Shown here piece after piece: positions 10,011 through 23,619 of a DNA stretch of 33,000 bases. The DNA comes from Dicyema japonicum (lineage: Eukaryota > Animalia > Dicyemida). The position numbers were made by a program, and so were the translations under genes. The notes beneath the pieces are model-generated. The model was not told where the DNA came from and made no database searches. It saw only the letters and a list, made by a program, of their open reading frames with translations. The stretch is from positions 393,556-426,555 of the forward strand of contig RDEW01000034.1 in the NCBI GenBank assembly GCA_011109175.1. The letters run 5' to 3'. Each line of letters begins with the position of its first letter. Position 1 is the first letter of the stretch.

Positions 10011-12849
10011 ATATTTTCGACATTAAACAACATTAAAAACCTTGTTAATTTAATATTTTTCGTTGTGTGTTTTGAAATTTTTACGTTGGGGTTTCTTTCT
10101 GTTACCCATTCTTTTGTGGAAGGAATTCACTTCACTACTAACCACTTTTAACAAAATACAGGATACTCGGAGTTCGAATTGTCCAATTGAGGGAAGTAAG
10201 GGACCGTCTGAGTATCTCGTTTTTTTCTTCCCCTCTTTGAAACCTCTTTCGTCGTTAATGGAGGTTTCAGTAAAATCTACGATACTGGCTGCATACACGA
10301 CTGGACATTTTCTTCCATTGGGACGGTCTGTAGACAACTGAAATCTCAAATGGATAAAATCGAAGTTCTACAAATCATCCTATTCGGAACGTTCGTCAAG
10401 AGTAAATGTCCTAACCTTCCGAATCAATAGAAACGATAGAGTTCTAGTCGTCTATTTCCAGTTTTATTCTGAACTCGATAAAGACTGTAGCAGATTCCAT
10501 AAAAGTTAATTCTAATTAAAAAAAAAACAAAGATATTTTTGGGATCCAGCCAACTGAATGAGTCACGATTGAGAGTCGAATTCTTGTACTCGAGGTATTC
10601 TTCAAATTGATTATGATAAATTCATCAAGCAGGATTGACGAAACGAGTCATCACTGGTTTTTCAAAATAGCTTATAAGTCGTTGTTTAAGGAATATGCTC
10701 TCTGCCCACTGATTTACGGAAGTGAGGACGAAACCGCTGAGTAATCAGTAAAAGTCCTCGTTTGAGAGCTAAGAATGTCACCACAGTTGGAAATAACGCA
10801 AATGAAGAATTGATTGCTCAGTTTTATAATAAATTACTGATGTTTCTCATTATTAATCACATCGAATGTGTCGAATTATTCGAGTTTTTTTTATCGACGA
10901 ATTTCTTGGTATTAAAATTGATGTATAAAAAAGCACGAAAACATAATTTAAATACTTGCCTACACACAATCCAAAGAAATGCTTATCCAGTCTTCTAGTT
11001 AGAAAAAGCAAATCGTCGACCATTGTTGGCTGGGAATATAATTCTGAAGTTTAAAATGAAGTTAATGTTAGAAAATTAAAGCCAAAATAATTTCGTTTAA
11101 TTATTAAGTTCTTCTATTCTTTTTCAGACAAAAGATGAATTTTTCCACACATTTGGGGCCAATTTAAGCCAAAAAATCCAAACTTGTAGTAATAAATCAG
11201 ATAACCAGTATTATGATCTGATTTGTCTAAAAGGGAAGGCTTGTCTATCAAATCCTCGTTGATTTCAGTAACGATTCTCTCACTGGGGAGTAAACACTAC
11301 TAGCCTCCTTTGTACTTTCCACGGTTATACATGTCTCTATTGAGCTTATTTTAGTATTAACTACTTTCTCAGACAGAGTTTCCAACCTCCAGGCTATTCG
11401 ACGTAGACAATCTCGCCCAAACTTTTTAAATATCAAATATTTAATGTCGTATGTCATAGCGTCTGGGCTGTTGATACTGTCCAGGTTGATAAGAAAAATT
11501 TATCACTTGAAAACATTAACAGCCACTTATCACTTTAAAACACTGCTTCGAAAGATCGGTCCTTTTTTCCCTTAAAAAACAAAAAAAATTATTTTCAGTC
11601 AATAAAGCGATTAAGAGTGAAAATTCAGGGAGCTCCAGGTCTCGTCACCAGGAACCGAAATTGTTTCTCGGTGGAATGAATAGATTGATTCTCTTGAATA
11701 TCGGCCATGCAATAGGCGCATCCTGGGTAAGATGGATCCAATGACGCCACTAAAAGGAAGGAAGAAAAATCTTCAATCAATTAGCCACAGTTTCAACGTA
11801 TGGCGCCACGCGACTGAAGTTATCATATCTCATCGTTCCTTCCTTAAAAATTAATCGTATTAGTTTCGAAGTGAATTCGTTTTGGGTCCAAAAATACGAG
11901 TTTTTAAGTTAATCTTTTTTATCAATGTTTCTTTGCTTCTTTTTATTTTATTCGTTCAGACCATATTTGCAGACAAATATACCCGTATAGTGCCAAGGTG
12001 AATGCTCCAGGCTTTTTTATATTTATTATTGCACATTTCCTGTTAACACACTAGACCCAACCACTATGGATCTTAAGGAGGAGGTGAGTAGACAACACAA
12101 CTCCCGACCGAATTTCACATGTAGTGAATAGAGCCTCTCTTAATTCACAATCGAACATGGACGCGGTAGCCACTAAGTACATGTCTGGTCATACAGTCAA
12201 TGCCATTTTACTTACAGGGCAAGAAGTCTATTTGGAATAAATTCCGCATTTAGTTGAGTCTTACATAGAAGTGGTCCATATTGCGTCAATTATTCGGGTT
12301 TGGGGGAATAAACCTAAAAAGGAGTTTAACTCTCAGTAATATCAAAGTATTTATATCCGTTTTGTCTTCTAGTCGCCTACCAAATCTTTTTACGAGAATT
12401 GGTTACTGATTTGAGAAAATTAGTTTCCAAAACGATTTCTTCCTAGACCCCGCTTACAGATTCACTATTTTCAGCTGATGGACAAAACTATTTTATGTCA
12501 TCATGAACATAAGGTTATTTGTAATAAAACAAACCTCCTCATAAATTGACGAGTACCGTTCGAATTGGGCATTGATGAGTCTGCTCAACAATTCAAGCAG
12601 AGAACAAAGAGCAGCGGCGACATACTTGTTCTTGTAACCTATCAAAATTATCTTTGTTATAATGCATATGAAAACTGACGGACTAGACAAACCGAGTGAA
12701 CTACATAAGCAAACAAAGGCCACGCAGACACTCGATAGCGATGATCGACAGAATCTAACGCACAAACATATAAGTGATTCCTCATGAGAATACAAAAACA
12801 CTTGTAAATCAAATTTAGTTCCTTATCATCCTGGTAGTTCCGTTTAGTT

Positions 12850-13345
12850 CTACGTTGAATCTAGGATAGAATACCGTCAACCTCAACAAAGCTTCTGTCC
12901 TCATTCGACGTGAATCTGGTCATCAACTTGGTGGACATCCAAGTAACGGATAATGTGATCTGTCGGAGACTTTGGATTATCTATCTTTGGAAACCACGTA
13001 CATTTACAAGTTAAAAAATAAGAACTGTGTTACTAAACTTATTTCGTGCACTCCACAAGACTCGGTCATCAAGGATCTGATGTACCTAGAACAATTCATC
13101 AACCCCTTTACATGATTTTACAAGCTCAACAAATTGAAAACATCTCAACATTTCTATGGGTACCAATGTTGACACCAGTTTCATGCAATCGGCGTTTAAC
13201 CAAAATTGAGATTATACCCAAACAGATTGTTCGAATCCATTTAGAGCCATAAGTGATGCATTCTTTCTTATAGTCTTCTCTACATCTACTTTTCACTATG
13301 TTTGTATCGCTCTGTTACTAGTGAGAAGCAACATACTTCAATTAT
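12850..13345 (+). mobile_element. Degenerate LINE APE endonuclease remnant (possibly with ORF1 relics at 12200-12360)
   Basis: NVIC/LSETL, AIGV* and LLLVRSNI are relics of the DVIC.SETW, IGVY and LGDFN motifs. Confidence 0.35.
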
Positions 13346-14345
13346 AGATAGAATTATTTATTAATTTATTTTATTTGTTTTTAAAAATATTTTTACAATA
13401 TGGCGAACCTATTAATACATTATTGCTTCATCTGGCGTGTAATTTTATACGTTGTTGTGGTTGTTTGTTGTTGCATTTAATCGTCTTTTATCTGTGTATT
13501 GTGACATATTTTCCTTCAATTATATTAATGGATGATCAAAGTGTTGAAGGTAGTTAACAAAATGTCTAATATATATATTTTGGTAACCTATTAATATGGA
13601 TTGTTCTCACTATTTGATTTTTCTATATTTGTTGCTCAATTTTTTATCAGTATTTTGAAATTTTATTGTAATTTTTTATTTGTTCCTTCATGGATTTCAT
13701 GGATTTTAACATCTTGACATATTCTGTAAATTTCACGTGCTTGAATTTATTCCCATTGTCTGAATATAAATGGAATTTACATGAACCATTACAAATAAAA
13801 CAGTCCCATTGTCTGATTATAAATGGAATTACTGAACCATAACAATAAAACACTTCCATTCTCTAAATAAATGGAATATACGTGGATCATTAGAATATTG
13901 TCTGGCTCATTTAACGAACCGTCTGTAATGCTACTGGACTTTTTTCCTTGTTTATTTTGATTCAGTGTAAATAACTTCCACCTTCAATAAAAAAAACAAA
14001 TGATAACATTTCGACGTGCTTTGTCTATTGGTGAATGTGAGTTATATGATGAACTTTGAGCATAGAACTGAATTTTATTAAAAATTATTTTATTAGAAAT
14101 TTCAGAAATAAATGAACTAAGTGATTTCTCCTTAGACTTATTCTCCTCCTCTTTCCCCTGGACTCATTTATTTTGATCGTCATTTTTCATATTCGGCTTT
14201 GGTTAATAGTATTCTTTAGAATCCGTGAACTATCTTTGTTGATGAAACTGTTTCATTAGGCTATGAGTTTTCTTGGAATTTTCCAAGAAAGTCATTCCAT
14301 AATTTTTGGTCCAAATTTTAGTAAATTGTGATGACGTTTGTAGAA
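13058..14345. repeat. Left arm of a ~1.3-kb inverted duplication
   Basis: Collinear reverse-complement match to ~18145-19418, with long identical runs and scattered substitutions and indels. Confidence 0.92.
13749..13880. repeat. ~54-bp tandem repeat, about 2.5 units (mirrored at ~18595-18730)
   Basis: Recurrent cccattgtctga.tataaatggaatt...gaaccat.ac.aataaaaca. Confidence 0.8.
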
Positions 14346-15105
14346 TTTATATTTTAACATTGTCAACATTCTCCACCAATATGAGGCATGTGGGTCTGTA
14401 AGAGAATGAATAAACCAGGCTTCAGGATCGGTAGTATATCGGACAACTGTACATAACAAATAATAAATTATAGCAAAAAAACGAAAAATTATTAACTTCA
14501 GAAATGTTTCTTTTTGTGTGATGTTCATATCATTGGAATAATAAAGATGACCTGGCTTTCATCAACATATTTAGCATTGGCCGCGTTACACTGGAGAAGT
14601 CACTGAATCTAAGATGAGTCGTAGCTTTTGAGTGTAATCAGAAGTTAGCTTTTACGAAAAAAAGATTTCCATTTTATTCCTCTAAGTGCACCTATCAAAC
14701 AACACTTGGTATGTTATTTCTTGGTTTTCATATCACTTTCCGCGTCATATAGCTACCGTATTCAGACAATGTCGGATGAACAAAGGCGATTTAGCCGGAA
14801 TAGAAAAATATGAGCCAGCATTTTCAGACGTGTAAATGTTGTTTTTAGTCGTTGTATTTTTCGAGCTTATGTAAGGATATAAAGTTTTTTCAGTTGATGA
14901 TTTTGGGTTTCGATGGTTATGAGACTGATCTGTCTGAACATCCAGAGATTGAATTCGTTAAATAAATCCAGTATGCACTTGATATAAGTCCTTCGGATTA
15001 TGGCAAAAATATAAATTTCAAGACATTAAAAGAATAGACATTTCCTCATTAATTTTGTTCAGTTAATTTTTTACATAATTTTAATTTAATTTATTGAAAT
15101 AAATA

Positions 15106-15928
15106 CAATAAAGTCCCACTTTTTGGGCAACCCTTAAATTGCCAATTCTCAAATTTATTTATGCTAAAAGTTCACGTCAGGATTCAAAAAGCAATTTTCC
15201 TTAGAAATTGCCCAATTCTCAAATTGGCCACACATTATTAAAAAACATAAAATTTATTTTACTAATCTTTTTCAATTATTTTATTAAAAATCAAAATTTC
15301 AGACTAAAAATTTTACTACGTGTTCGAAAGCTTCTCGTCAAAGCTTAATTGTTTTCAAAAACACTAAATTTTTAGGTATCAAAAATAGAAATACTACACC
15401 GTGCCAAAAAATCACTCACAGATTTTCTATTTTATTTAATATTATAATTTCAAGAAAAATATAAATAATATTCCTTAATTCCCGATAGTCCATATTAAAA
15501 ACATCTAAAAATTATATTCCTTTTACAATGACATGCAATTCGTTAAAATTTCCTGAACTTGATACTAAGCTTGGTTTTTGAATGCATGAATTACATAGGG
15601 AACTGATAACTGACTAACAATCTGACCTAGAAGGATTTGTATATCACTGACGAATTTCCAAACATTTAAAAAAGACGAAATTTAAAATATGGACGAATAG
15701 GACTTTATTATATACTGATTCCGTCCAGAGTATATGAAAAAACACGAATTGGTGGATATAAAAATTTTAAAGATTGGGTTTCAATTATGTTATGTACAAA
15801 AATAACTGGAACCCATAAATTAAAACCAGTTATGATTTCAAAATCCAAAACACCCAGGTGTTTCAAAATCTCAAATTGGCAGCAAATAGTTCAGGAACAA
15901 TTTTGGGCCAATTTAAGGGACTTTACTG
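15106..15928 (+). mobile_element. Tigger/pogo-like TIR element (non-autonomous)
   Basis: Left TA|CAATAAAGTCCC; right reverse complement TA|CAGTAAAGTCCC. Subterminal CCCTTAAATTG and CTCAAATTGGC repeats. CENP-B-type HTH remnant KFPELDTKLGF*MHELHRELIT near 15546-15610. Confidence 0.72.
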
Positions 15929-16949
15929 TAACAATTTTTAACATTTTCATCTTTTAAGTTTCTACCCTTTTCGAGTATGTTATTTAATAAGGAAAAACTA
16001 GTTACTGCCAAAATAGTGTTCAAGACACTTCCACAAGTCTGAAAAAATTTTTGACAAAACTTGTTAATTTCTAATTTTTGATATCTCTTGATGCATTTTA
16101 CTTGTTTTTTTTCAAGATAAAAATTGATGTCACACTCATCCTGTTCAAATTAGATTGAATCTATAACTTTTATTGCATCTATAATGGTAAACAATATTTT
16201 GCAGTTTCATATTTCCAGAATAATTTAATGGTAGTCAGATGTCAAATTATCAAATTTTTCTTTAAATTATCTGATTGTATTTAAACTTTAGCAATTTACT
16301 CAGTCTTTAGAGTTTTTCACATTATAGAGGTGTTTTGATCGGATTTTTGGATCGTTGATAAAAAAGTCAGAAGAGATGATAAAAATTCAAATATTAGTAA
16401 TGCTAACATATCAGAAGTGCTTAATGTTACAAATAAAAATCTTGAGAATTTCATATGGAAATATAATTTCTGGCTTAAAATGTGCTTTTATGTTTAGGGT
16501 GAGCCGACGATTTACAGGGAATTTGTTTTTAGCTTTAAGAACCCAGAAAATAGGCAAAAATGAGGTCGCTTCCGAAGCATATTTAAATCAAGTGATTTTA
16601 GTGTTTATTGTGATCTGTGGAGTTCTTGGAGATTTCACATCTTCATTAGCTAGAAACCTTGTGGATTTTATTGATTTTGTTTCTTCCCAAAGTGGTTACT
16701 GGTCGAGTGATTAAAGTTGTCAACATCTCCTTCTAGCACAGTCTTCCTTCTTTTGAGGATGCGAAAGGCATGGTACTAAAGAAAAAACGTAAGCTTATAT
16801 CTTGAACGGGTTGAGGTTTAAATAGTTCGAATCTCGTGCAACATAATACAAAGAACTTAGATGAGCACCTATCAGACCTTCAAAAGCCTGTTGTTAGCTA
16901 ATGTGACTAAATAATCCTGCTAATAATGCAATTAAAAATGTTCCAGTTA

Positions 16950-17343
16950 TCATAATTTTCGCAAGTTACTTCTACTGACGACTACTCGACGTCAGCATTG
17001 TCTCTTAAAACATAAAGTCCATTTCGTGCGATACAACTTTGTATTTTGCCATATATTTCGTCCTGTAGCGGATATTTTCTGCTTTTGGAATTTCCACCAT
17101 GACGCACAACTACTTCATCACCAATGGGCCAAATCTTCTTTGTCAAATTTCCATCTTCTCGTAACCTGGCATAAGGACACTTGGATACGATATCAAAACC
17201 TCTGTCTTCGTTAGTGGTAAATTTTAATTCTCATAAACTATAGAGCCTGTCTCGTCCGGAATAATTTGATTTTTGTTCAGTCTATATCTCTTAGTTGATA
17301 TGGGAACCTGATCAACTTTATCTTCAATAGGGAAGTATCGCAT
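16950..17343 (-). mobile_element. Possible Ty3/Gypsy pol remnant with a large internal deletion
   Basis: PISTKRYRL and DRGF.IVSKCPYA (RT start-like) fused to IGDEVVV...KYKVV (integrase C-terminus-like). Confidence 0.3.
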
Positions 17344-17420
17344 TTTACTTAGCACTATGTACAACAGATGCAGACTCACGTTAATAAATATTTTAAAATA
17401 ATACAGGGTTTTCCGATTTA

Positions 17421-17595
17421 TTTAATAACTGTCATAAAGATTAATAACTTTGTCATAAAATTTAATAACTTTGTCAAAATATCTAATAACTTTGTCATAA
17501 AGTTTAATAACTTTGTCATAAAGTTTAATAACTTTGTCAAAATGTTTAATAATTTGTCAAAATATTTAATAACTTTGTCAAAATGTTTAATAACT
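17421..17595 (+). repeat. 21-bp minisatellite, about 8 units (TTTAATAACTTTGTCA[T/A]AA...)
   Basis: Directly visible tandem array. Confidence 0.92.
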
Positions 17596-17652
17596 GAGTA
17601 AATAAAATATTGATATAAAGAAATGAGTAAATAAAATATTGATATAAAGAAA
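17595..17652 (+). repeat. 29-bp tandem duplication
   Basis: tgagtaaataaaatattgatataaagaaa occurs twice. Confidence 0.9.
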
Positions 17653-18144
17653 TATATAAAAATACAAAATCAACAGTTCCCCACTAGAGTGAAACGTGTA
17701 TAATAAATTTTATTATTTATGGTTGACTATTTTAAAATATAAATTTTTCTAAAAAATGCAGAAAGTGAATCACAAAATATAATTCAAGCACAACAGGTGA
17801 AATCTTATCCAAAGGGTATTTATTCTGAACAGGAAACAATAGATGAAGATGGAAATACAAAAATAATTTGCAGAAAATGAGAAATTAAATAAGATAGAGA
17901 TATTCACTGCAAATTTTGTTGAAAATATAGAATATGTAATAAAAGGACAAAAATAAATGCACTTTTGATATAAATATTAAAATAATGAATCAACTTTCTG
18001 TCGTTTAGTGGGAATCACATCTCAACAAGAGTTGAAACAAGTCGAAGTTGAAGGGTCATAAAAACATGACTTGAATGAATTGCCATCTATCCATTAACTC
18101 AATTAGCATTAAGCAACTGTATTAACATGAAATGGTCTTGATCA

Positions 18145-19418
18145 AATTATACAAACATTACTAAAAATTTGGTTCAAAAATATGGAATGACTTTCTTGGA
18201 AAATTCCAAGAAACTCACAGCCTAATGAAACAGTTTCATCAAAGATAGTTCACGGATTCTAAAGAATACTATGAACCAAAGCCGAATATGAAAAATGACG
18301 ATCAAAATAAATGAGTCCGGGGGAAAGAGGAGGAGAATAAGTCTAAGAAAAAAATCACTTAGTTCATTTATTTCTGAAATTTCTATATAAAAATTTTTAA
18401 TAAAATTCAGTTCTCTGCTCATAAACCATCATATAGCTTACATTCACCAATAGACAAAGCACGTCGAAATGTTATCATTTGTTTTTTTATTGTAGGTGGA
18501 GGTTATTTACACTGAATCTAAATAAACAAGGAAAAAAGTCAGTAACATTACAGACGGTTTGTTAAATGAGCCAGACAATATTCTAATGATCCACGTATTT
18601 CCATTTAATTAGAGAATGGGAGTGTTTTAGTTGTTATGGTTCATGTAAATTCCATTTATAATTAGACAATGGGACTGTTTTATTTGTAATGGTTCATGTA
18701 AATTCCATTTATAATCAGACAATGGGAATAAATTCAAGCACCGTGAAATTTACAAAATATGTCAAGATATTAAAATTGAACAAATCCATGAAGGAACAAA
18801 TAAAAAATTACAATAAAATTTCAAAATACTGATAAAAAATTGAGCAACAAATATAGAAAAATCAAATAGTGGAGAACAATCCATATTTATAGGTTACCAA
18901 AATATATATGTATATTAGACATTTTGTTAACTACCTTCAACACTACTTGATCATCCATTAATATAATTGAAAAAATATGTCAAATACACAAAAGACGATA
19001 AAATGCAACAACAAACAAAGCAACCACAACAACGTATAAAATTACACGCCAGATGATGCAATAATGATCAATAGGTTCGCCATATTGTATAAATATTTTT
19101 AAAAACAAATAAAATAAATTTATTAATAATTCTATCTATAATTGAAGTATGTTGCTTCTCACTAGTAACAGAGCAATACAAACATAGTGAAATGTTGATG
19201 TAGAGAAGACTATAAGAAAGAATGCATCACTTATGGCTCTAGGATTCGAACAATCTGTTTGGGTATAATCTCAATTTAGTTAAACGCCGATTGCATGAAT
19301 CTGGTGTCAACATTGGTTTCCCATCGAATGTTGAGATGATTTCAATTTGTTGAGCTTGTAAAATCATGTAAAGGTGATGAATTGTTCTAGGTACAATCAT
19401 ATCCTGATGACGAGTCTT
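18145..19418. repeat. Right arm of a ~1.3-kb inverted duplication
   Basis: Reverse complement of ~13058-14345. ORFs 13046+ and 19239- encode near-identical peptides. Confidence 0.92.
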
Positions 19419-20685
19419 CAAGAGGGGTGGAAAATAGTTGCGGCCAATGATCCCTTGGCAGCTTCCTAAATTGCAACCTTTTTAGGAGAGAGTAGCAGGA
19501 AACGTTCGGAAGTTATTGGCTGAGTTTTCTTTGTTCGATTTCAGCATTCGGATTTCAAGCAATATCATGTCCTCTATTCCAATATTTATATAAGTCTTCC
19601 ACAAACGTCCGCTGTTATTAAATAAGATTTATGCTCTACCTGCTTACTCTAAAAATGCTTGAGTCATATATGCTCGTAGAGTTTATCCACTTTGATTGTG
19701 TATTGATGGTGTTAGAGTTCGCTCATAAAACTTCTGTTTACTCTAGAATTGTGAATTCATGCTAATTTTTTGGCAAGCAGATCTTAGTCTTCTTAATTTT
19801 ATATTGACGACAATGTGTAGATATTGCAGTTAACGACCTCATTATACCTTCCAAGTAGTCGCCGTTTTTCGCAGTACCACAACTTACAGCCAATCATTCC
19901 TGCAGAATTACAGAGAACATATGCTTTATAAAATATCAAAATTTATAGATATATTAAATATCCAATGAAAAATTTATGAATTTTCAAATTTATGATTCAT
20001 CCAGAAGGCCACAGAAAGAATACAAATTAACCTGGACAAGCTTAATGCCTGGATAATGGAAAACCGGCTCTTGGTGGATGCAGAAAAGTCGTCTACGTTA
20101 CTATTTACCTCGGACAAAAGATTGGGAAGGAAGACAGTCACCTTGAATTCAAACAAGGTCGGCATCCCTTTCTCACAGATGTCAAAGGATCTTGGGTGTG
20201 ACAAATTGATATACATCTCTGTTTAACACCTCACGTAGAAAACATTCTATTGAAATGCGAGAAGATAACTGAACGTATTGGAAAGTTTATCGGGAATATG
20301 GAAGAGTGGTACTTACCCAGTCTTAATGAACGTATACAAACAATACATCGAGCTATGTTTCTCATATCCTTGCGCTCGTGGAAACCGTCTATATCTTAGA
20401 CAAATATGAGGAAAATTGAAAATGCAAAAGAAGGATTACAGAGTAACGGAGCGTTGGATTTGTAAAGATCATCGACCCGGACCTACGCCTCTGGAAACCC
20501 TTATGAGACTAGATTCCAGATCACGAGAAGTTGGCCCTGAAAATTCAGGCAGCTGTCCTGTACGTTCATGCGCGGGCACGAAAGAAGAACACCGGCAAAG
20601 ATGAGGTCTCTGTTAGAATGCATCGGGATCACGTGATAATTAGTTTTGTTTTACCGTGGTTTTAGGTTATAAATAAAAAAATAAA
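19419..20685 (+). mobile_element. I/Jockey-group LINE RT remnant
   Basis: QEGWKIV, QHSDFKQYH, IQINLDKLNAWIMENRLLVDAEKSSTLLFT and NVYKQYI; A-rich 3' end near 20667-20685. Confidence 0.65.
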
Positions 20686-21499
20686 ATTTGCAAACAGCAA
20701 TTAATTTATCGGCGAATTTACCGTACTTGTCGGGCACAAGGTTCTTCGATTTCCTCAGCGAGGATTAGGAGTAGCCAATCCGATCTTTGGGAGCGAAGAC
20801 TATGCGACCAATAAATAACCACCATCATCTAGTCCAACTTCCCGAGGTCGTTGAACAGGTTAACAGGAAAATAATGTGGTTACTTAGTTGCCAGATTAAA
20901 ACTTGATGCAATTTTTTCGACGTGAAGGTGAACCAGTTAGAAAATTGGGAGCGATCAGCATTTGCAGCGTCGTATTTATTAGCTGCTGGCCTCCTAAATG
21001 TTAGTGAGGCCGGGGTTACTTAACTAACTAAATATCAGCGGATTAATTAATATGACTGTGACATATCATTATAATTAAAAAAATCCCAATTTTAAAAAAT
21101 CGCTCTCAGAAAGAAAAAAATAATCCCTTATCCAATAAAATTTGACCTTAAGTACGAATCCACCTTGTTGAGAAAACTGTCTAACACCACCAATATCCAT
21201 CCATTCGGTCAAGCAAATTAGCTTCATATACAGGCCGAGCACATCAGTAATATTTTTTTCGACATTTCATTCAATTCCAGCGGCTTTTAAGAAGGAATTA
21301 TCTCCATCATCACAATCGTTGTGTTTTCTTCTTCGAGAGAATATTTATAGGTTGTCTATAAATAGCAGGTTGTTTAGTTGCATAACTACAAGATCCTTGG
21401 TTGTGATTGTCAATTATAATCGCTTAATTTTCAATCTAGTGAATAGTTTTTTTGCAAAGTGAAAGTTACCCTAACCACATTCATATTGAACACTTCACA

Positions 21500-22400
21500 G
21501 GCTATTTAAAATTGCTACATCTTTGAAAGTGCCAGACCTCCAAATGAGCAATTCTATTTATAATCAGAAGGGCAACTGACTATTAGATCAAAATGTGAGG
21601 AATTAAAGATTCGTTATAGAATGATCATTGTCCAGTCTTGAATTCAGATATCTCAGAATTGTTTGATGTCCCATTTTTATTTCGGTCTAAATCTCAACTT
21701 TTAATCTCACATGTTGTCAATTTTTCAAAGATTCAAAAACTTCTGAGTCTTAAATGGAGCCAATCGAAAATTATCAAATTCAACAAATTCACACCGTCCA
21801 ACCACCTCCACTGGGAAACCATCATTCTCTTACTAGAAGATCACCTGAATATCTACAGTGACTTGCATACGTCATCGTGGGTTGGATAAATTGTTCATAA
21901 AATTCTCAGTTTTGTTATTAAGTTTTTTTGATATCATTTTAGGATTCTAATTTTCTTCAGAGCAAAATTACCTTGTACCAAACATTTCTGATAAAAGAGA
22001 GCCCCAGATTAAAAGTTATCTCAAGAATTTTCGATATTTTGTTAATTGGAATAGCCCCGTTCTTCATTTCGTAACATTCTGATTTTTTCTAACCTTTACA
22101 TGGAAAAAGAGTTGTCGGTCATATAGTGAAGTTAAGCACAATAGATTCCAGTTACACGGGATATCCAGCGGTTCAAGTCTTCACACTATATATTCGTTTA
22201 TTGACCTGTGCATAATAGGAAGAAAAGTAGTGAAATCCTTTAAGGTCATTCTTCTTTCTCCATCTGAGCTAGTAGTTCATTCAAACATTGAACTGTAAGC
22301 AGATCATGTTAGTCAGAAGTGTCCGAGGGATACATATGTAAGAGCCCTGACCCACACATTGTGCCTTTTTATCTATGGTGGGAAAATGTATTCGATGTTG
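21500..22400 (-). mobile_element. LINE RT remnant
   Basis: VGQGSY, KILEITFNLGLSF and YEQFIQPTMTYAS occur in the expected order. Confidence 0.55.
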
Positions 22401-22711
22401 ATCCTACAAAAAATTACAGTAGAAGTATGTGAAGCTAGTAGAAGCTGAGTAACAAGCAGCGTGGAGTCATTCATATATGGGAATAGAGATTTACTACTGA
22501 TAAAAATAAACAGAGAGGGATGTTGTTAATAGATATTTCAGGGAGAACAGCAGAAATCAACAAAAGAGCATGAGAACAGGCATCATTTGAAATAGCTTGA
22601 TTTGGAAGGATTTATCCGAGTGCAGAGAAATGGACATCACTTTGCAGTCAGAGTTCGTCATCTACACCAATGGTGGAATCGTTTAAATATTCGATGTTCA
22701 GTGGCGCCCTC

Positions 22712-22810
22712 AACGAATAGTTAAAATATTTTAATTTATTAAAATAAATTAAACGAATAGTTAAAATATTTTAATTTATTAAAATTAATTTATTAAAATA
22801 AATTAAAATA
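22712..22810. repeat. ~40-bp AT-rich tandem duplication
   Basis: aacgaatagttaaaatattttaatttattaaaat occurs twice, followed by partial units. Confidence 0.85.
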
Positions 22811-22857
22811 TTTCGTTTTTTAATGTTTTTGTGTTGGTTACTAATTTGACTTTTTAA

Positions 22858-23340
22858 ATGGTTGGAAAAGAAATTTTTAGCGAAAGGAGACACGAAAGTA
22901 TCTTGGGAGATATTTTTATAATGGTTTTCCCAACAAACGGAGAACTGATTAACATACTATAAGATGTAAATTTTTACATCAATATAGACAAATTCAAAAC
23001 TTCCGTGGTGGATGAGAACAACGAGACAATAAAATTTGAATACGATTAGTGACCCTGCCCCACCCGACGATAGGAGATGTATTTACGAATCTTTATTTAG
23101 ACTGACTTCTTTGAAAAGGTGAAGGTCTATATGGGAAGCAGGAGACCAACAAACACGAATGCTCAATCATTGTGTACAACGGACATAAGAGGCTTATTTT
23201 CGGGTCTCAGATTATTACCACCATAATCAACCAGATAATATCATCCACACTGGTGAAGTCAGAAAACCGAAATACTACTATCAATGTGAATTTTGAAACT
23301 GGAACCGATGTTATGGAGTTGATGAGAATGAAATCGTTCT
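22858..23340 (+). pseudogene. Unknown pseudogene with micro-intron-like segments
   Basis: GT..AG blocks of 20, 22 and 22 nt (22861-22880, 22966-22987, 23079-23100) follow an ATG; the spliced frame still has stops. Confidence 0.35.
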
Positions 23341-23619
23341 GGATAATCTTTTTGCATTTTTTAATTCCAACATGTCTTCGAGTTTATTAAAAAATTACCC
23401 AGTTGCAAGTGAAGTTACAAGATATTGTTCACTTTGTCAACGTGTTCATGTAGATCAGTTACTCAGCGATTATTCTCACATAGAAAACCGAGGCATAAAA
23501 TTTTATCAAGGCAAGGTATTGAAAAACGTAATAATCAAGTTAAAGAGACTAATTTATTCAGTATTATTGAGGTACGGAAACCATCCAGTCTTTAATTCTT
23601 ATGTCATTTTCCAAAGACC

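Noticed and set aside
10709-10760. CTGAT...GTGAGGACGAAAC hammerhead-like string with a GAGGAC/GTCCTC hairpin
   Set aside because: No CUGANGA box and no stem II pairing.
10050-11460. Short minus-strand ORFs (99 aa, 69 aa) as real genes
   Set aside because: I could not build a spliced frame without stops. Only faint endonuclease-like relics are present, too weak to call.
17368-17601. 77-aa ORF with FNNFVIK repeats; also CRISPR-like periodicity
   Set aside because: The ORF is a by-product of the 21-bp minisatellite. There are no unique spacers and the context is eukaryotic.
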